Virus record (IMG/VR): IMGVR_UViG_3300047561_001935
Coordinates: 1-44,158 of that record
Source: a virus
Taxonomy: Duplodnaviria; Caudoviricetes
Strand: one strand, 5' to 3'
Length of the DNA: 44,158 nt
Translations under genes and position numbers: made by a program
Notes under the pieces: generated by a model
The model's database searches: none
What the model was told of the DNA's origin: nothing
The model's input: only the letters and a program-made list of their open reading frames with translations
Shown: positions 1 to 10,900 of the stretch, piece by piece
Layout: every line of letters starts with the position of its first letter
How positions within the stretch are numbered: position 1 is the first letter of the stretch

Positions 1-911
1 CCACCATGGTCATTGATACTGGAGTTGCCACCTTGCAATTGTGTGCCCACAGTCACTCCACCTGCAGCTGGAGCCGATCCACCTACAGATCCTGTGCCAC
101 CGGTGCCTGCATATGTCCAGAAATTGCCATAAGCTGATTCACCACCACATCCATCATTTCCACCACCCGCTCCCCCGGCGTTCCCTTCACCATCGTTAAG
201 GTACCCAGAGCCTCCAGCACCACCACCACCTGCAATTAACAAAGCATTGGCTGCAATGACTGAGCCTCTGAAAATGCCTGCATACCCACCACCATCACCT
301 GCATATAAATTAGTAGCATTGTTTGCACCACCTCCACCCCCATATCTACTTGCAGGAACACCATTGGTGGTGTAACCACCTCTGCCCACCACCAAGGTGA
401 GTGCTTCTGCAGGTGTAACTGGTATGATGCCTCGGGCATGTCCACCACCCCCACCATCGTTTCCAGTCGTCCATCCACCGGCCCGGCCAGATCCACCACC
501 AGCTCCCCACATTTTTACATACACATACTGCACACCTGCAGGCACTGTGAATGTTTGATTGGCACCAGTGAAATTGTAGACTACCCTGGTCACTGGTGTT
601 CTGGGAATGCATTTGAATGAAGGGATTTTGTACAGATTCAATTTCAATGTGCCACCATACCTCACCATGGTGGTGTCAACACCAACTCCAAATTGTGCAT
701 TGCTGTTGAACACAGCAGATGATGTGTCATTGTTGAGCTTTAATCTGGAGGTGATAATGGTATCTGCAGACAATGATGTGGTGTTCAATGTGGGTGTGCA
801 GAACACATCTGTAATCAATGCACCATCTGTAATGACAACACCACTTAGTGATGTTATGTTGCTGGCACTGATTGTGCTAATGATGCTGTTGGTTATTTGT
901 GTTAAAGGCAT
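1..911 (-). CDS. Glycine-rich-domain virion/tail-tip protein (partial, runs off window start); paralog of 913..2115
   Basis: Not in the ORF track. ATG at 911 reads MPLTQITNSIISTISASNITSLSG...YNFTGANQTFTVPAGVQYVYVKMWGAGGGSGRAGG... with no stop before position 1. The FTVPAGV..WGAGGG Gly-rich domain matches the adjacent gene. Confidence 0.8.
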   Translation of the reverse strand, partial: MPLTQITNSIISTISASNITSLSGVVITDGALITDVFCTPTLNTTSLSADTIITSRLKLNNDTSSAVFNSNAQFGVGVDTTMVRYGGTLKLNLYKIPSFKCIPRTPVTRVVYNFTGANQTFTVPAGVQYVYVKMWGAGGGSGRAGGWTTGNDGGGGGHARGIIPVTPAEALTLVVGRGGYTTNGVPASRYGGGGGANNATNLYAGDGGGYAGIFRGSVIAANALLIAGGGGAGGSGYLNDGEGNAGGAGGGNDGCGGESAYGNFWTYAGTGGTGSVGGSAPAAGGVTVGTQLQGGNSSINDHG

Positions 912-912
912 A

Positions 913-2115
913 TTAGTAATATATAACAATGTATGCATGCCCACCACTGCCTGCACCAGCAGGGCGAGCATTTGCATTTGTTCTGCCTCCCACAGCATTG
1001 ATTATTGGACCACCATTTCTGGTGTTTTGAGCCAAATCTGAATCCCAGAAGAATGCAGGCATTCTTTCACAGCCTGCATATGTGTCACCAAGCAACACAC
1101 TACTATGCACATACCCACTGCCTCCACCTGCACCTGCCATGGTGTTGGCTTCAGAATATGCACCTCCACCGCCACCATACCAACCGCCACCACCTCCTCC
1201 ACCATAAGAATTGGTGCTGGAGTTGCCACCTTGAAATTGTGCGCCTACTGTCAATCCCCCTGCAGCTGGAGCTGAGCCACCTGCTGTTTGAGTGCCTCCA
1301 GTGCCTGCATATGTGGGTTTGTTGTCATGCAGTGAGTCTCCTGTGCAACCTGTTTTACCACCACCTGCACCACCATTGTTGCCTCTCCAGCTGGCTCGTG
1401 CACTGCCTCCACCACCACCACCACCTGCTATCAACAGAGCATTGGCTGCAATGACTGTGCCTCTGAAAATGCCTGCATACCCACCACCAGTGCCTCCATA
1501 TGTGACATCTGCGTTAACCCCTGCAGCACCACCTCCACCATACCTGGCACCAAAACTAGCAGTATAACCACCAATGCCCACCACCAGTGTGAGTGCTTCA
1601 CCTGGTGTGACGGGTATGATGCCCCGGGCATGTCCACCCCCTCCACCATCTGAACCATAACTCCATCCACTTGCTCTTCCTTCACCGCCACCTGCACCCC
1701 ACAATTTAGTGAAAATGTATTTTACGCCAGCAGGCACAGTGAACGTTTGATTGGAACCGGTGTAACTGTATGTTGAAACGCCTGCATAAACAGATGGGCG
1801 CATGGTTGCACCATCCAGCGCAAAGCTGAATTGACCAATGACATTGTCAATTGTTTTGGCGGTGTTATTGAATGTCAGATAGCTTGTGGCAGTAGATGAT
1901 GGTTTTCTACTGTAAATGCGTTGTTCGTTGGTCAATCGAAAGGAAGTTGCATTGCCAACATTTGTGGAGACACTGGACACTATGGTGGTGTTGGACTGAA
2001 TGGTGTTTATGTTCATCACGCCTGAATCATTCCAGGCTGGAAACCCTGCAGGCAATTTATCTATGGTGATAGAATTGGGTTCTATTAAACTGCCAATGAC
2101 TTTTTGTAAAGGCAT
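913..2115 (-). CDS. Glycine-rich-domain virion/tail-tip (receptor-binding-like) protein
   Basis: 400 aa. YTGSNQTFTVPAGVKYIFTKLWGAGGGEG and many GGGGG runs, ending GGHAYIVIYY, typical of phage Gly-rich (polyglycine-II) tip domains. Confidence 0.75.
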   Translation of the reverse strand: MPLQKVIGSLIEPNSITIDKLPAGFPAWNDSGVMNINTIQSNTTIVSSVSTNVGNATSFRLTNEQRIYSRKPSSTATSYLTFNNTAKTIDNVIGQFSFALDGATMRPSVYAGVSTYSYTGSNQTFTVPAGVKYIFTKLWGAGGGEGRASGWSYGSDGGGGGHARGIIPVTPGEALTLVVGIGGYTASFGARYGGGGAAGVNADVTYGGTGGGYAGIFRGTVIAANALLIAGGGGGGGSARASWRGNNGGAGGGKTGCTGDSLHDNKPTYAGTGGTQTAGGSAPAAGGLTVGAQFQGGNSSTNSYGGGGGGGWYGGGGGAYSEANTMAGAGGGSGYVHSSVLLGDTYAGCERMPAFFWDSDLAQNTRNGGPIINAVGGRTNANARPAGAGSGGHAYIVIYY

Positions 2116-2480
2116 TAGATATCTAAGGGAATACTTTGATCGGGTTTGGGATATTTTGCTTTAATTGCAGATATCTGACTGACCCATGTATCCCCTACCT
2201 CCCCAAGATTTGTTCCAGATTCTTTTAAAAAGGCAAACGTTTTGTAAATCACATCCAATTGATCCTTCACATCTGGGTATTCAGCAATCCGTTTGCTTTG
2301 ATGTGATCTGTCAATTCTAGAAGATTTGTACTCCTCTTCACCAGGTGCAGCTGTTAACCATTCATCAAAATCTTGATCATTGAATTGTCTGTGGCCATCT
2401 GCAAAGTAACCAAACTGGGTTTCCTTTGTTATGCCTATTGAAGCGTAGAATGCTTTTTTCTGTTGCAGATTGTTATTCAT
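2115..2480 (-). CDS. Tail-fibre-associated small protein (assembly-chaperone-like)
   Basis: Start more likely the ATG at 2480 overlapping the upstream stop (2473-2475). RIAEYPDVKDQLDVIY...W...ISAIKAKYPKP is a motif typical of small genes next to phage fibre genes. Confidence 0.6.
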   Translation of the reverse strand: MNNNLQQKKAFYASIGITKETQFGYFADGHRQFNDQDFDEWLTAAPGEEEYKSSRIDRSHQSKRIAEYPDVKDQLDVIYKTFAFLKESGTNLGEVGDTWVSQISAIKAKYPKPDQSIPLDI

Positions 2481-5400
2481 AATTTTGATTGGTCTCCCAC
2501 CCTGGTATGCCATACACATTTACTCTGGTGTTGCCGCCCTTGCCTGCATATGCAGTTATGGTTTGCTCTTGCCATCCGTATTGTATGCCAATGATGGGCC
2601 ACACTGTGGCACCATTGTATGTGGTGGATATAGGGTTTTGATATTGCACATGAAAATCTGTGTGTGCACCGTATGCGTATGCAGTTTGATTGTAAGCACG
2701 TGCACTGCCTTGCCAATGACCACTTGAAAATCCATTAGTTCTAATATCTATGATGCTGGTCATGCCTGTGTTACCTGCACCACTCCACCAATAATTACTA
2801 TCACCATTATATGCACTACCCATGCCATAGCTAATGCCAGTGGCATTAGAGCCATTGTTATAAACTTCTGCTACACCTGTATTATTATTGTACCATCTTC
2901 CTCCAGTCCAGTAATTGAGTCCTGTATCAACAACGCCTGTGGCCCCTATGAATCTGAAGTAGAGTCTCATGAGTCCGCTGCCTCTGCCAAAAAACGCTTC
3001 CATTCTGTACCCCAAGTAATTATGATACTGTGCATTGCTTGTGCTGCCCCAGATGATGTTGGCTGAATTGTATTGTTTGGTGAGCACAGTGGAATTTATT
3101 AATTGATGACCTGGTCCAAACCATCCAGGTGTTACTGTTTCTGTACCTCCTGGACCACCAGTGCTTGCTGTGTTGAGTTCAAAGGGGTAATAAGCTTCAT
3201 ATGCACCCAGATCAGTGTTGTACCTGGTGCTGCCTCGTTGACGCAGACCACGATTGGTTATGCCAAAGCTAGGCAACACAAAGCTGCTCAGAGCAAGTAT
3301 GCTGGTGGCTTGCATGGTGCCTTGTGCTGAAAGAGAAGACAATGCAGCAGATATGGCAGTGAAAAAGTTGGTCACATTCAAGTTGTTTGCAGACAATGAA
3401 TTTTGATTGACAGTATAATCATATTTCCAGCCTGGGCCTCCTTGAGAGAGCTTGTCTGGGGTGATTTGTTTGATACCAATGTTGATGCCACTCACTGCAT
3501 CAAATGTTAGTTTGTCTGAATCCACTATTCTGTTTGCTAGCATGGAATACTGTATGGTGCCTGCAGCAGGCAGAGGCAGCACGCTGAAAGGTATTTGTGA
3601 GGGTTTCTGATACACCACTTCAATTTGTGAGCTGTTGGGTGGGGGTGTGGAGAATCTGAGCAAATTGGGTGTGATGAGACTGGAGTATGTTTTGCTTTGA
3701 TACACGCCTGACACAAACACCATGATGTCATTAACTGATCGTGCAGCGCTTAATAATATGAAATCTGTTTGCACACCATTGCCAGTGAACAATTGATAAG
3801 GTAGCAATGTATAGAAACCAACAATGTTAGTGGCAGACAGAGTAGTCACAGACAGTGCACCAGTGATGGTTTGATCACCCACAATTCTGACCATGCCATC
3901 CAGTGATGACAGTGTGCTGTTGATGGTGGTGTTGCCCATGATGGTAGCATTGCCCATCACACTTAGATTTCTGTTGATGGTGGAATTTTCTCTAACTATC
4001 AAACTGCCCATAGTGGCCGTCAAAGCAGACAGCAGAGTTGTAGTGGTGTTGGTGGCGCTGAGTGTGCCATAGAACGCCATGTTACCATAATAAATTCCTT
4101 CAACAAACGGAAAAGTTGGATCACCAATGACAGCTTGAAAGTCTTTGGATGGTCTTGCATTGTTGCCGATGACCAATGTTCTGCTCCAATCACCAGCCTG
4201 TATTGCAGCACTTTGACCAATGATTATGCTGTAGTTTGCCACCACCAAGTTGGCTCCAGCGTTATCACCTATGACAATGTTGTTGCCTCCAAGTGTGAGG
4301 TTTGCTGCAGCTGCATTACCTATAATGGAATTGGAACTGCCTGTTTGAAGATTTGCACCAGCCTGTGAACCAAACATGCTGTTGCCAGATCCTGTGCTGG
4401 ATGTTTGGCCTGCATTCTGACCAACAAAGGTGTTGTTGTTGCCTATGGTGTTGATGCGACCAGCACGTGCACCAATGAACACATTGTTGATGCCAAAGCT
4501 GTTGATGGTGGCTGCATCACGGCCAATGAACACATTGTCATAACCAAATGATAAAATTGTTGTATTCCTGCCCAACACCACATTGCCCTGTGTGTAATTC
4601 ACTGTCAAATCATTGATGTTGCCTGTGGCACTTATCTCACCAACAACAGTTAATGTTTTGTTGGGTATACTTGTTTTGATTCCAATGACACCATCTCTAT
4701 CATTGCCAGCAGGGTCTGAGCTATTGCCCACATGCAGTACTTCTTTGGCAGTATCTGCATCATAGAATGAAGCAATATCACCTGCACCCCGTCCTTGAGA
4801 AACGAACAAAGCTGGACCTGGTCCAACGTTGATGACACTCAATGCACTGGTGGTTGTGATGATAGTGGAAGTGAAATATGCACTGCCAGTTGCAAACAAA
4901 TTTCCAAAAATATTAACATTGCCCAATATGTTAGCTGCACTCAATGTGACCGGTATAGTTGATAGCAATTGAAATGTTACAAGATTTGCACTGTTACTAT
5001 TCAAATAGCTGTAAGAGCTTTCCCATCTGGCACTGTTGGCACTCACAGTGGCATACACCGATTTTAATGTGGGGGGAATGGCATTGAAAATAATTGTGTC
5101 CAATGGCACACCAGCACTTATGATTATACCATCTGTGTACATGTTGCTTGAAGCACTGAAAGTACCAACCACGGTGAGTGTGTGATTGGGGTTGCTTGTT
5201 CTTATGCCCACCACCCCACCAGCAGTGCCTGGGGCAGGAGGCGTGACATTGCCCACATTCAACACAATGCCACCCTCCTTGTCCACAAACCGAGCTATGT
5301 CATAAAACCCATCCTGTTCAACATACAAAGCTGGCCCATAACCAATGTTAATGATGCTCAAAGAACTAGTGGTGGTGGCTTTTGTTGAAATGTATTGCAG

Positions 5401-5853
5401 ACCACTCAGAGCAGACAGAGAGCCATATATGAGCACATTGCCAAAGATGTTCATGCTGCCCTGCAGATCGCCACCAGAAGATTTGTAGTACAATGAGCTG
5501 GCTGAAGCAACTGTGAGCCATGTGCCGCTGTTTGCTCTTAAAGTTGTGTATGTTGATTCCCACTTGCCACTGTTGCTTTGTGTGGTGTTGAATACTGACA
5601 CATAATTACCGCTGGTATTTTTTAAAGTTGTGTAGGTTGAATCGCTGAGAATTGTGGTTGCAAAATATCTGTTGCCTGCAGCATCTGTGGTTAATACCCA
5701 GGTGGCGCTTGCAGGCAGAGCATTAGTGAGTGGCACACCCACATTGGGTTCTGCATCTTTTAAGCTTAAGAATTGATATCTTTGCGGGCTTACACTACCC
5801 GGTGAATTGGGTCTTTGCTTTCCACTTATTAAAAACGGCGTATTGTCTTTCAT
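2473..5853 (-). CDS. Long tail fibre-like virion protein
   Basis: 1126 aa, Ser/Thr/Gly/Asn-rich. ANSxxW helical repeats, two GPAL(Y/F)VxQ...DIAxF...GI(R/K)TSxPNxTLTVVG modules, adhesin-head-like 14-aa NxFIGxxAG repeats and an FTGNGVQTDF..VFVSGVYQ module. Confidence 0.75.
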   Translation of the reverse strand: MKDNTPFLISGKQRPNSPGSVSPQRYQFLSLKDAEPNVGVPLTNALPASATWVLTTDAAGNRYFATTILSDSTYTTLKNTSGNYVSVFNTTQSNSGKWESTYTTLRANSGTWLTVASASSLYYKSSGGDLQGSMNIFGNVLIYGSLSALSGLQYISTKATTTSSLSIINIGYGPALYVEQDGFYDIARFVDKEGGIVLNVGNVTPPAPGTAGGVVGIRTSNPNHTLTVVGTFSASSNMYTDGIIISAGVPLDTIIFNAIPPTLKSVYATVSANSARWESSYSYLNSNSANLVTFQLLSTIPVTLSAANILGNVNIFGNLFATGSAYFTSTIITTTSALSVINVGPGPALFVSQGRGAGDIASFYDADTAKEVLHVGNSSDPAGNDRDGVIGIKTSIPNKTLTVVGEISATGNINDLTVNYTQGNVVLGRNTTILSFGYDNVFIGRDAATINSFGINNVFIGARAGRINTIGNNNTFVGQNAGQTSSTGSGNSMFGSQAGANLQTGSSNSIIGNAAAANLTLGGNNIVIGDNAGANLVVANYSIIIGQSAAIQAGDWSRTLVIGNNARPSKDFQAVIGDPTFPFVEGIYYGNMAFYGTLSATNTTTTLLSALTATMGSLIVRENSTINRNLSVMGNATIMGNTTINSTLSSLDGMVRIVGDQTITGALSVTTLSATNIVGFYTLLPYQLFTGNGVQTDFILLSAARSVNDIMVFVSGVYQSKTYSSLITPNLLRFSTPPPNSSQIEVVYQKPSQIPFSVLPLPAAGTIQYSMLANRIVDSDKLTFDAVSGINIGIKQITPDKLSQGGPGWKYDYTVNQNSLSANNLNVTNFFTAISAALSSLSAQGTMQATSILALSSFVLPSFGITNRGLRQRGSTRYNTDLGAYEAYYPFELNTASTGGPGGTETVTPGWFGPGHQLINSTVLTKQYNSANIIWGSTSNAQYHNYLGYRMEAFFGRGSGLMRLYFRFIGATGVVDTGLNYWTGGRWYNNNTGVAEVYNNGSNATGISYGMGSAYNGDSNYWWSGAGNTGMTSIIDIRTNGFSSGHWQGSARAYNQTAYAYGAHTDFHVQYQNPISTTYNGATVWPIIGIQYGWQEQTITAYAGKGGNTRVNVYGIPGWETNQNYE

Positions 5854-5855
5854 TA

Positions 5856-6209
5856 TTAGGTGTCATTAAATGCTTCAAGCAGTGAAAAACTAACATCAAC
5901 TGCACTTGTTGTGTCGCTGAATGCGACAATGGAATCTCCAGCTGTGATTAACACCTTGCCAAGTGCTACATTGGCTGAATCTTTTACAGGAATAGGAAAA
6001 CCAGAGACCAGGTAAAATAATGTTTTTGTTTCAATGTTTGAAACGCCTATGGTCATGGTGGAAACATTGTTTGATTTGTTGGCACCTTGAACAGTTAAAA
6101 TAATTGTAGCTCGTTGTGATGGACAGGTATAGATAGGTAAAATATTTGTAGTATATGCAGGTAGTGTGAATATTTTACGAACAAATTTATTTAAGGGTAT
6201 CTGTGCCAT
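5856..6209 (-). CDS. Small beta-rich virion structural protein (putative)
   Basis: 117 aa (IYTCP..ATIIL..QGAN...GKVLITAGDSI...SLLE) inside the structural block, with TAAATA 6 nt upstream. Confidence 0.6.
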   Translation of the reverse strand: MAQIPLNKFVRKIFTLPAYTTNILPIYTCPSQRATIILTVQGANKSNNVSTMTIGVSNIETKTLFYLVSGFPIPVKDSANVALGKVLITAGDSIVAFSDTTSAVDVSFSLLEAFNDT

Positions 6210-6218
6210 ATAGTTTAT

Positions 6219-7655
6219 TTATTCCAGAGCCAATACAAATGGGGTTATAAGTGAAAATATTGATCTATTGAAAGTGCGGCCTTCAATGGTGCCTGTGGAT
6301 TGCCTGATGATAAAATCAGTGCCTACTTTGAAGTCACCTTGTTCATTTGTGAGAGTCACAAACACAATGCCACCATCACGTGGGCACACCTCATTTTCTG
6401 GTTTGGATACACCTCCCAACACAGGCAGTGCTGTGCTCAATGTGCTACCTGCACCAACATACTCCATGGTGTAGGCACTGGCCAGAATTGTGCTTCTCAA
6501 ATAAAAATTTACTTTTCCACCAGAAATGTAGGACACTGCTGCATCAGTGGATGCAATTTGATAGGTTGCTGCTCCAATGGAACCTGAAGAAGTTACCTCA
6601 AACAAGGTGCGAGGGGTTTTCCTGTCAGCTTCACATTCGAATACCATCAATTGTGCAGGGGTCAATGCAATTGTTGTTGGATCAACTTTGTTAACAGTGA
6701 AAGATTGTGATCCTGCAGACACATCTGTGACAAGTGTACCGGTTAACACAGGGGTATTTGATTTGCCAAATGCAACAAGACCAGACAGACCAAAAGAAGC
6801 ATTTGAAGTGTTGATGTCACATTGCCCACCTGCACTCACCATGACTGCAGTTGTGCCACCAATGGTGAACACACTCACAAGTTGTGCATACCCATTGTTT
6901 TGTATGATGATGCCATCACCACCTTCATTGAACTGAGTATAAGAATCAAGAACCATGCTGCGTATGAAACCACCCACCCGGTCACCATCCACTCTCATGC
7001 CAGCACCTGCATTGTCCAGACCTGTAGCAGTTGATTGTGTGATGGAGCTGCACCCTTGTATGTATGGACTTGTGACAATATACAAGGGGTGGCCTGGTAC
7101 ATTCTTACTGCCGGTGGGTGGTGTTACCAGGTAACCAGGTGTGTTGAAAGCCACCTGGTATTGTGGATCGGATACATTGATGTTGGGAAAGGCAATGGCG
7201 GCTCCTGGTCGCTTGTGACCTCTGAAAGTGAACCCCCATATGTAATCTGCATTTGTAACCCACAGCAAATCATTGGATGAAAGTTGTGGGTAAATGTTTG
7301 TGCGTCTCAAATTGTCACCAATGATGGAAGTTTTTGGTGGCACATACACAGGATTTTTTTCATAATAGTCTCCTGTCTTCACAAAGATTGTGTATTGGCG
7401 TGTAGGAGCGGCAGCAGCAAACTGACATGCTCTCTTGATGGTTCGAAAGGGGTAGTTTTCTGCTGTGCCTACATTAGTATCTGCACCACTGGTGGTGACA
7501 TACAGCACATTGGGTGTTTGCCACAATCCACCGCTGATGAGGTTGGAGATTGTGTAGAAATCTACCTGAAATTCACCTTGATTGGGCCTGTACCCCACCA
7601 GGAAATCTGAGGGTAGCGGGGTAGTTCTTGAGAAATCCGCAAAAGACCTGTACAT
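6219..7655 (-). CDS. Pectin-lyase-like beta-helix virion/tail protein
   Basis: VLYVTTSGADTNVG...PFRTIKRA, TIFVKTGDYYEKNP, IIGDNLR, SPYIQGCSS, GAGMRVDG, SYTQFN, NGYAQLVS motifs of T4-like cyanophage-type tail proteins. Start placed at ATG 7655, 5 nt after TAAATA. Confidence 0.7.
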   Translation of the reverse strand: MYRSFADFSRTTPLPSDFLVGYRPNQGEFQVDFYTISNLISGGLWQTPNVLYVTTSGADTNVGTAENYPFRTIKRACQFAAAAPTRQYTIFVKTGDYYEKNPVYVPPKTSIIGDNLRRTNIYPQLSSNDLLWVTNADYIWGFTFRGHKRPGAAIAFPNINVSDPQYQVAFNTPGYLVTPPTGSKNVPGHPLYIVTSPYIQGCSSITQSTATGLDNAGAGMRVDGDRVGGFIRSMVLDSYTQFNEGGDGIIIQNNGYAQLVSVFTIGGTTAVMVSAGGQCDINTSNASFGLSGLVAFGKSNTPVLTGTLVTDVSAGSQSFTVNKVDPTTIALTPAQLMVFECEADRKTPRTLFEVTSSGSIGAATYQIASTDAAVSYISGGKVNFYLRSTILASAYTMEYVGAGSTLSTALPVLGGVSKPENEVCPRDGGIVFVTLTNEQGDFKVGTDFIIRQSTGTIEGRTFNRSIFSLITPFVLALE

Positions 7656-7713
7656 AGTATTATTTAGTTTTAACAACCCGTTAACAGGTGTGCTAAATTA
7701 AATTTAATTACTA

Positions 7714-7905
7714 TCAGGCGATAGCTTGTTCTTTTTCAACCGATTCAAGAGGAACAACATCTACGCGGCTTGCAACCCGGGTCCCGCTGATCAATGTGAC
7801 TGGGACAAGTGCGGCTTTGTATTCTGAGAGAAGATCTTCCACCTTCTTCTTGAGTTCCAGCAATTCCTGCTCTCTTGGTGTGAGTGTATTGATTGTTTCA
7901 GACAT
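7714..7905 (-). CDS. Hypothetical small protein
   Basis: ATG 7905 lies 5 nt after TAAATA (7916-7911); helical, charged 63-aa product. Confidence 0.55.
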   Translation of the reverse strand: MSETINTLTPREQELLELKKKVEDLLSEYKAALVPVTLISGTRVASRVDVVPLESVEKEQAIA

Positions 7906-7946
7906 GTAGGTATTTACTGTGTGTATTTTATTTTCCACTATTTTTA

Positions 7947-10900
7947 TTAAAAAATAATGGTGTTAAATACTGGTGTCTTTACAAACACCAGAGGATCACC
8001 TATGGCCAAGGCTGGTAACTTGTTGGCAAAATTATTTGTCACACAATCATAGGCAATGCCTCCACTCAACCATGCTGTAATATGTTTATCATTAAGAGCG
8101 CCAGGGTAATAAGGCTCATAAAGATGTCCTACCCAATTGACAGCTGTGTTCTCATAATTTGATCCACCAAATGCACTTTTGGAAAAATATTGTGTAAAAT
8201 GTGAATGTCTGATGGGTCTCATGCCAGCTGCATACTGCCATGATGTTTTGAATGCAGCAAATGTTTTCACACCAGTGTATGATGTGGGGAAATACCCCCA
8301 GCTGGGTACCAGTGCTGTGTATGGGCCATAAGAGCCACCACCTGGTGATGCATTGAAGGATTCTATTGTGTACACAAAAGACCAATTGTCTGTTTTTTGT
8401 GGATTGTTGAGGGTAAGTTTGCCACTGCTTGCTGGGTCTGTATAATAGGACATGGCTGATAGACCAGCTACCTCACCTTCACCACTGATGTTGTAAATAT
8501 AGGGGCCATTGGGATTGATGAACCGTCTGCCGTTGAAGCCCCATCCACCAAAATAACACATGCTACTGGCTGATAGATTTCCTGTATTGTGAGGCCATGC
8601 ATTGCTATAATTGCAAAACATGCCTGTAGTTTGTCTGACTGACGTTGTCCCGGCTGAAAGTGCTGTTGTTCTGCCAGTTCTATAAAAATACACCCCACTT
8701 AGTGCACGGTAAATATTATCACCTGCACTGTATAGACTAAAATAATCAATACCATACAAATTTGAATCCTCTGCATATGCAGACAATCTGTTGGTGTACA
8801 ACTTTGTTCCATCAGCTGATGCACGAGACAGTTTGTCTATATAGGCTAACACATCTTCCCTGTATTCACCTGCCAGATAGAAAGGAAATATTCCAGTATT
8901 CTTGCTGATATGGTAAGGCACACCTGACACTGATGCTAGTGTTGTGAGGTAGGGCACTGCAGTAGATGTTTGATCAATGATGTGCAGGGGCATGTCAAGG
9001 GAACATACAATGTATTTGGTTTTGATGTTGGATGCAAGGTATGCTTGTATGGGTGCTATCACACTTGCATTGAAATTAATGTTGTGTATCAAGTCATATT
9101 TTCTGCAACCCTCATACGGTACTCCTATATCAGCACCTGCTTCACTGATGATAGTTGCGACAGCTGAGAGTGCGAATCCAACTATTACTGTGCTCAATGC
9201 CATGGTGTATGATTGACCACAAGCCATCTGACTCCAGTTGCCTGTGAGAGCTACAAATGCGTTGGTATTGGTTGTGTTGCCTATGCCCAATTGACCACTT
9301 GTGTTGAGCCCTGTGCCAAACCATTTGTTGGTACCAGCAGACAATACCATGGTAGAATTGCTTACACATACCACATCGCTCCAAACGCCTGTGCACGCTG
9401 CAAATGAAGTTTTGGATATATTATCACCTAATCCCAGCGCACCATTGGCATTTCTCCCAGTAGCATACAATGCATTGGTACCAGCAGACAATGCCATGGT
9501 GTGCGATTGACCTGCAGACACTTGACTCCAATAGCCAGTCAATGCTGTTTGAAAAGTGCCTGTGCTGGATGTGTTACCTATGCCCAATTGACCACTTGAG
9601 TTATCTCCTGCGCCAAACCATTTGTTGGTACCAGCAGACAATGCCATGGTGTGATTATGTCCACATATCACTTTGCTCCAATTGCCAGCTACTGCAGTAA
9701 AACTGTTTTTATAAGTACCAACACCACTGGTGCCCAATCCCAATTGACCATAAAAATTATTCCCTGTGGCAAACAATGCATTGGTACCAGCAGACAATGC
9801 CATGGTGTGACTTGTGCCACATGCCATGCTGCTCCAGTTGCCTGTGAGAGCCACAAATGAAGAGTAGGGATAGATATTATTACCTATGCCCAATTGACCA
9901 TCAAAATTATTCCCTGTGGCAAACAATGCATTGGTACCAGCAGACAATGCCATGGTGTGACCGCCTCCACATACTACGTTGCTCCAAACGCCTGTGAGAG
10001 CCACAAATGTGCTGCTGTCAGTGGTGGTACCTATGCCCAATTGACCACTTGTGTTGGCTCCTGTGCCAAACCATTTGTTGGTACCAGCAGACAATGCCAT
10101 GGTGTGACTCCCTCCTTTGGCGCATACCACGTTGCTCCAATTGCCAGTCACTGCAGTAAAAGTGCTTACAGACAAAGCAACACCACTGTCATCCAATCCC
10201 AATTGACCATTTGAGTTGACTCCTGTGCCAAACAACACAGATGCAGATAAAGCTATTTGAACTGATGTATCAGCTGTTCTTCGTTGTGGGTAGATTTGAT
10301 ATGGAATATTCAGGCCTACTAAGTTTACTTTGGAGAAATTAGGTCTTTTTGTTTTGTAGTAATTGGCAACATCTATACTGTCTGTGCTGTTTTGATTGTA
10401 GAACACTACAACTTCATCACGAGCTGTGTTCAAGATGTTTTGTTGTTGCACAGGTATGCCTTGATAGATATTTTTATAAATCATGCCAGTATTATTTGCA
10501 TATGGATTAAGTAGGTACCTGTTGTAACCTCCAAGCAGGGTGGTGGTGCCAGTATAATCCGTTGATGAACCAGCAGTATCATACAATGCACCACTTGTAG
10601 CTGTCTTGATGGTGAACATCTTGACTTGGTGGGGTAGAGCATCAGGATTCAACTGATAAAATAGTGCACACATGCCGGCAGTTTGTGGACTGGCCATACT
10701 TGTGCCAGATATATTAACTTGTTTGTAGCTTGAGTTTAAAAAGTATGTCATGCCTCCAAATGCATTTGTGTTGCTGGTGCTGCTCATGATATCAGTACCT
10801 GGTGCATACACATCAACACCAGGTCCACCATTGCTATACCCAGCTTTATATTCTGTGGGTGTTGCAGTTGAGTTTACACTTCCAACTATTACTGCACTCA

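Noticed and set aside
1-2115. Possible diversity-generating retroelement TR/VR pair between the Gly-rich paralogs
   Set aside because: Both copies are coding, differences include indels and are not adenine-specific, and no reverse transcriptase is in the window.
7696-7709. Perfect 14-bp palindromes aattaaatttaatt (7696-7709) and tttcccatgggaaa (in the PRT gene end)
   Set aside because: One is AT-only in an AT-rich spacer and the other is dictated by the conserved FPWE codons; each is a single occurrence with no supporting context.
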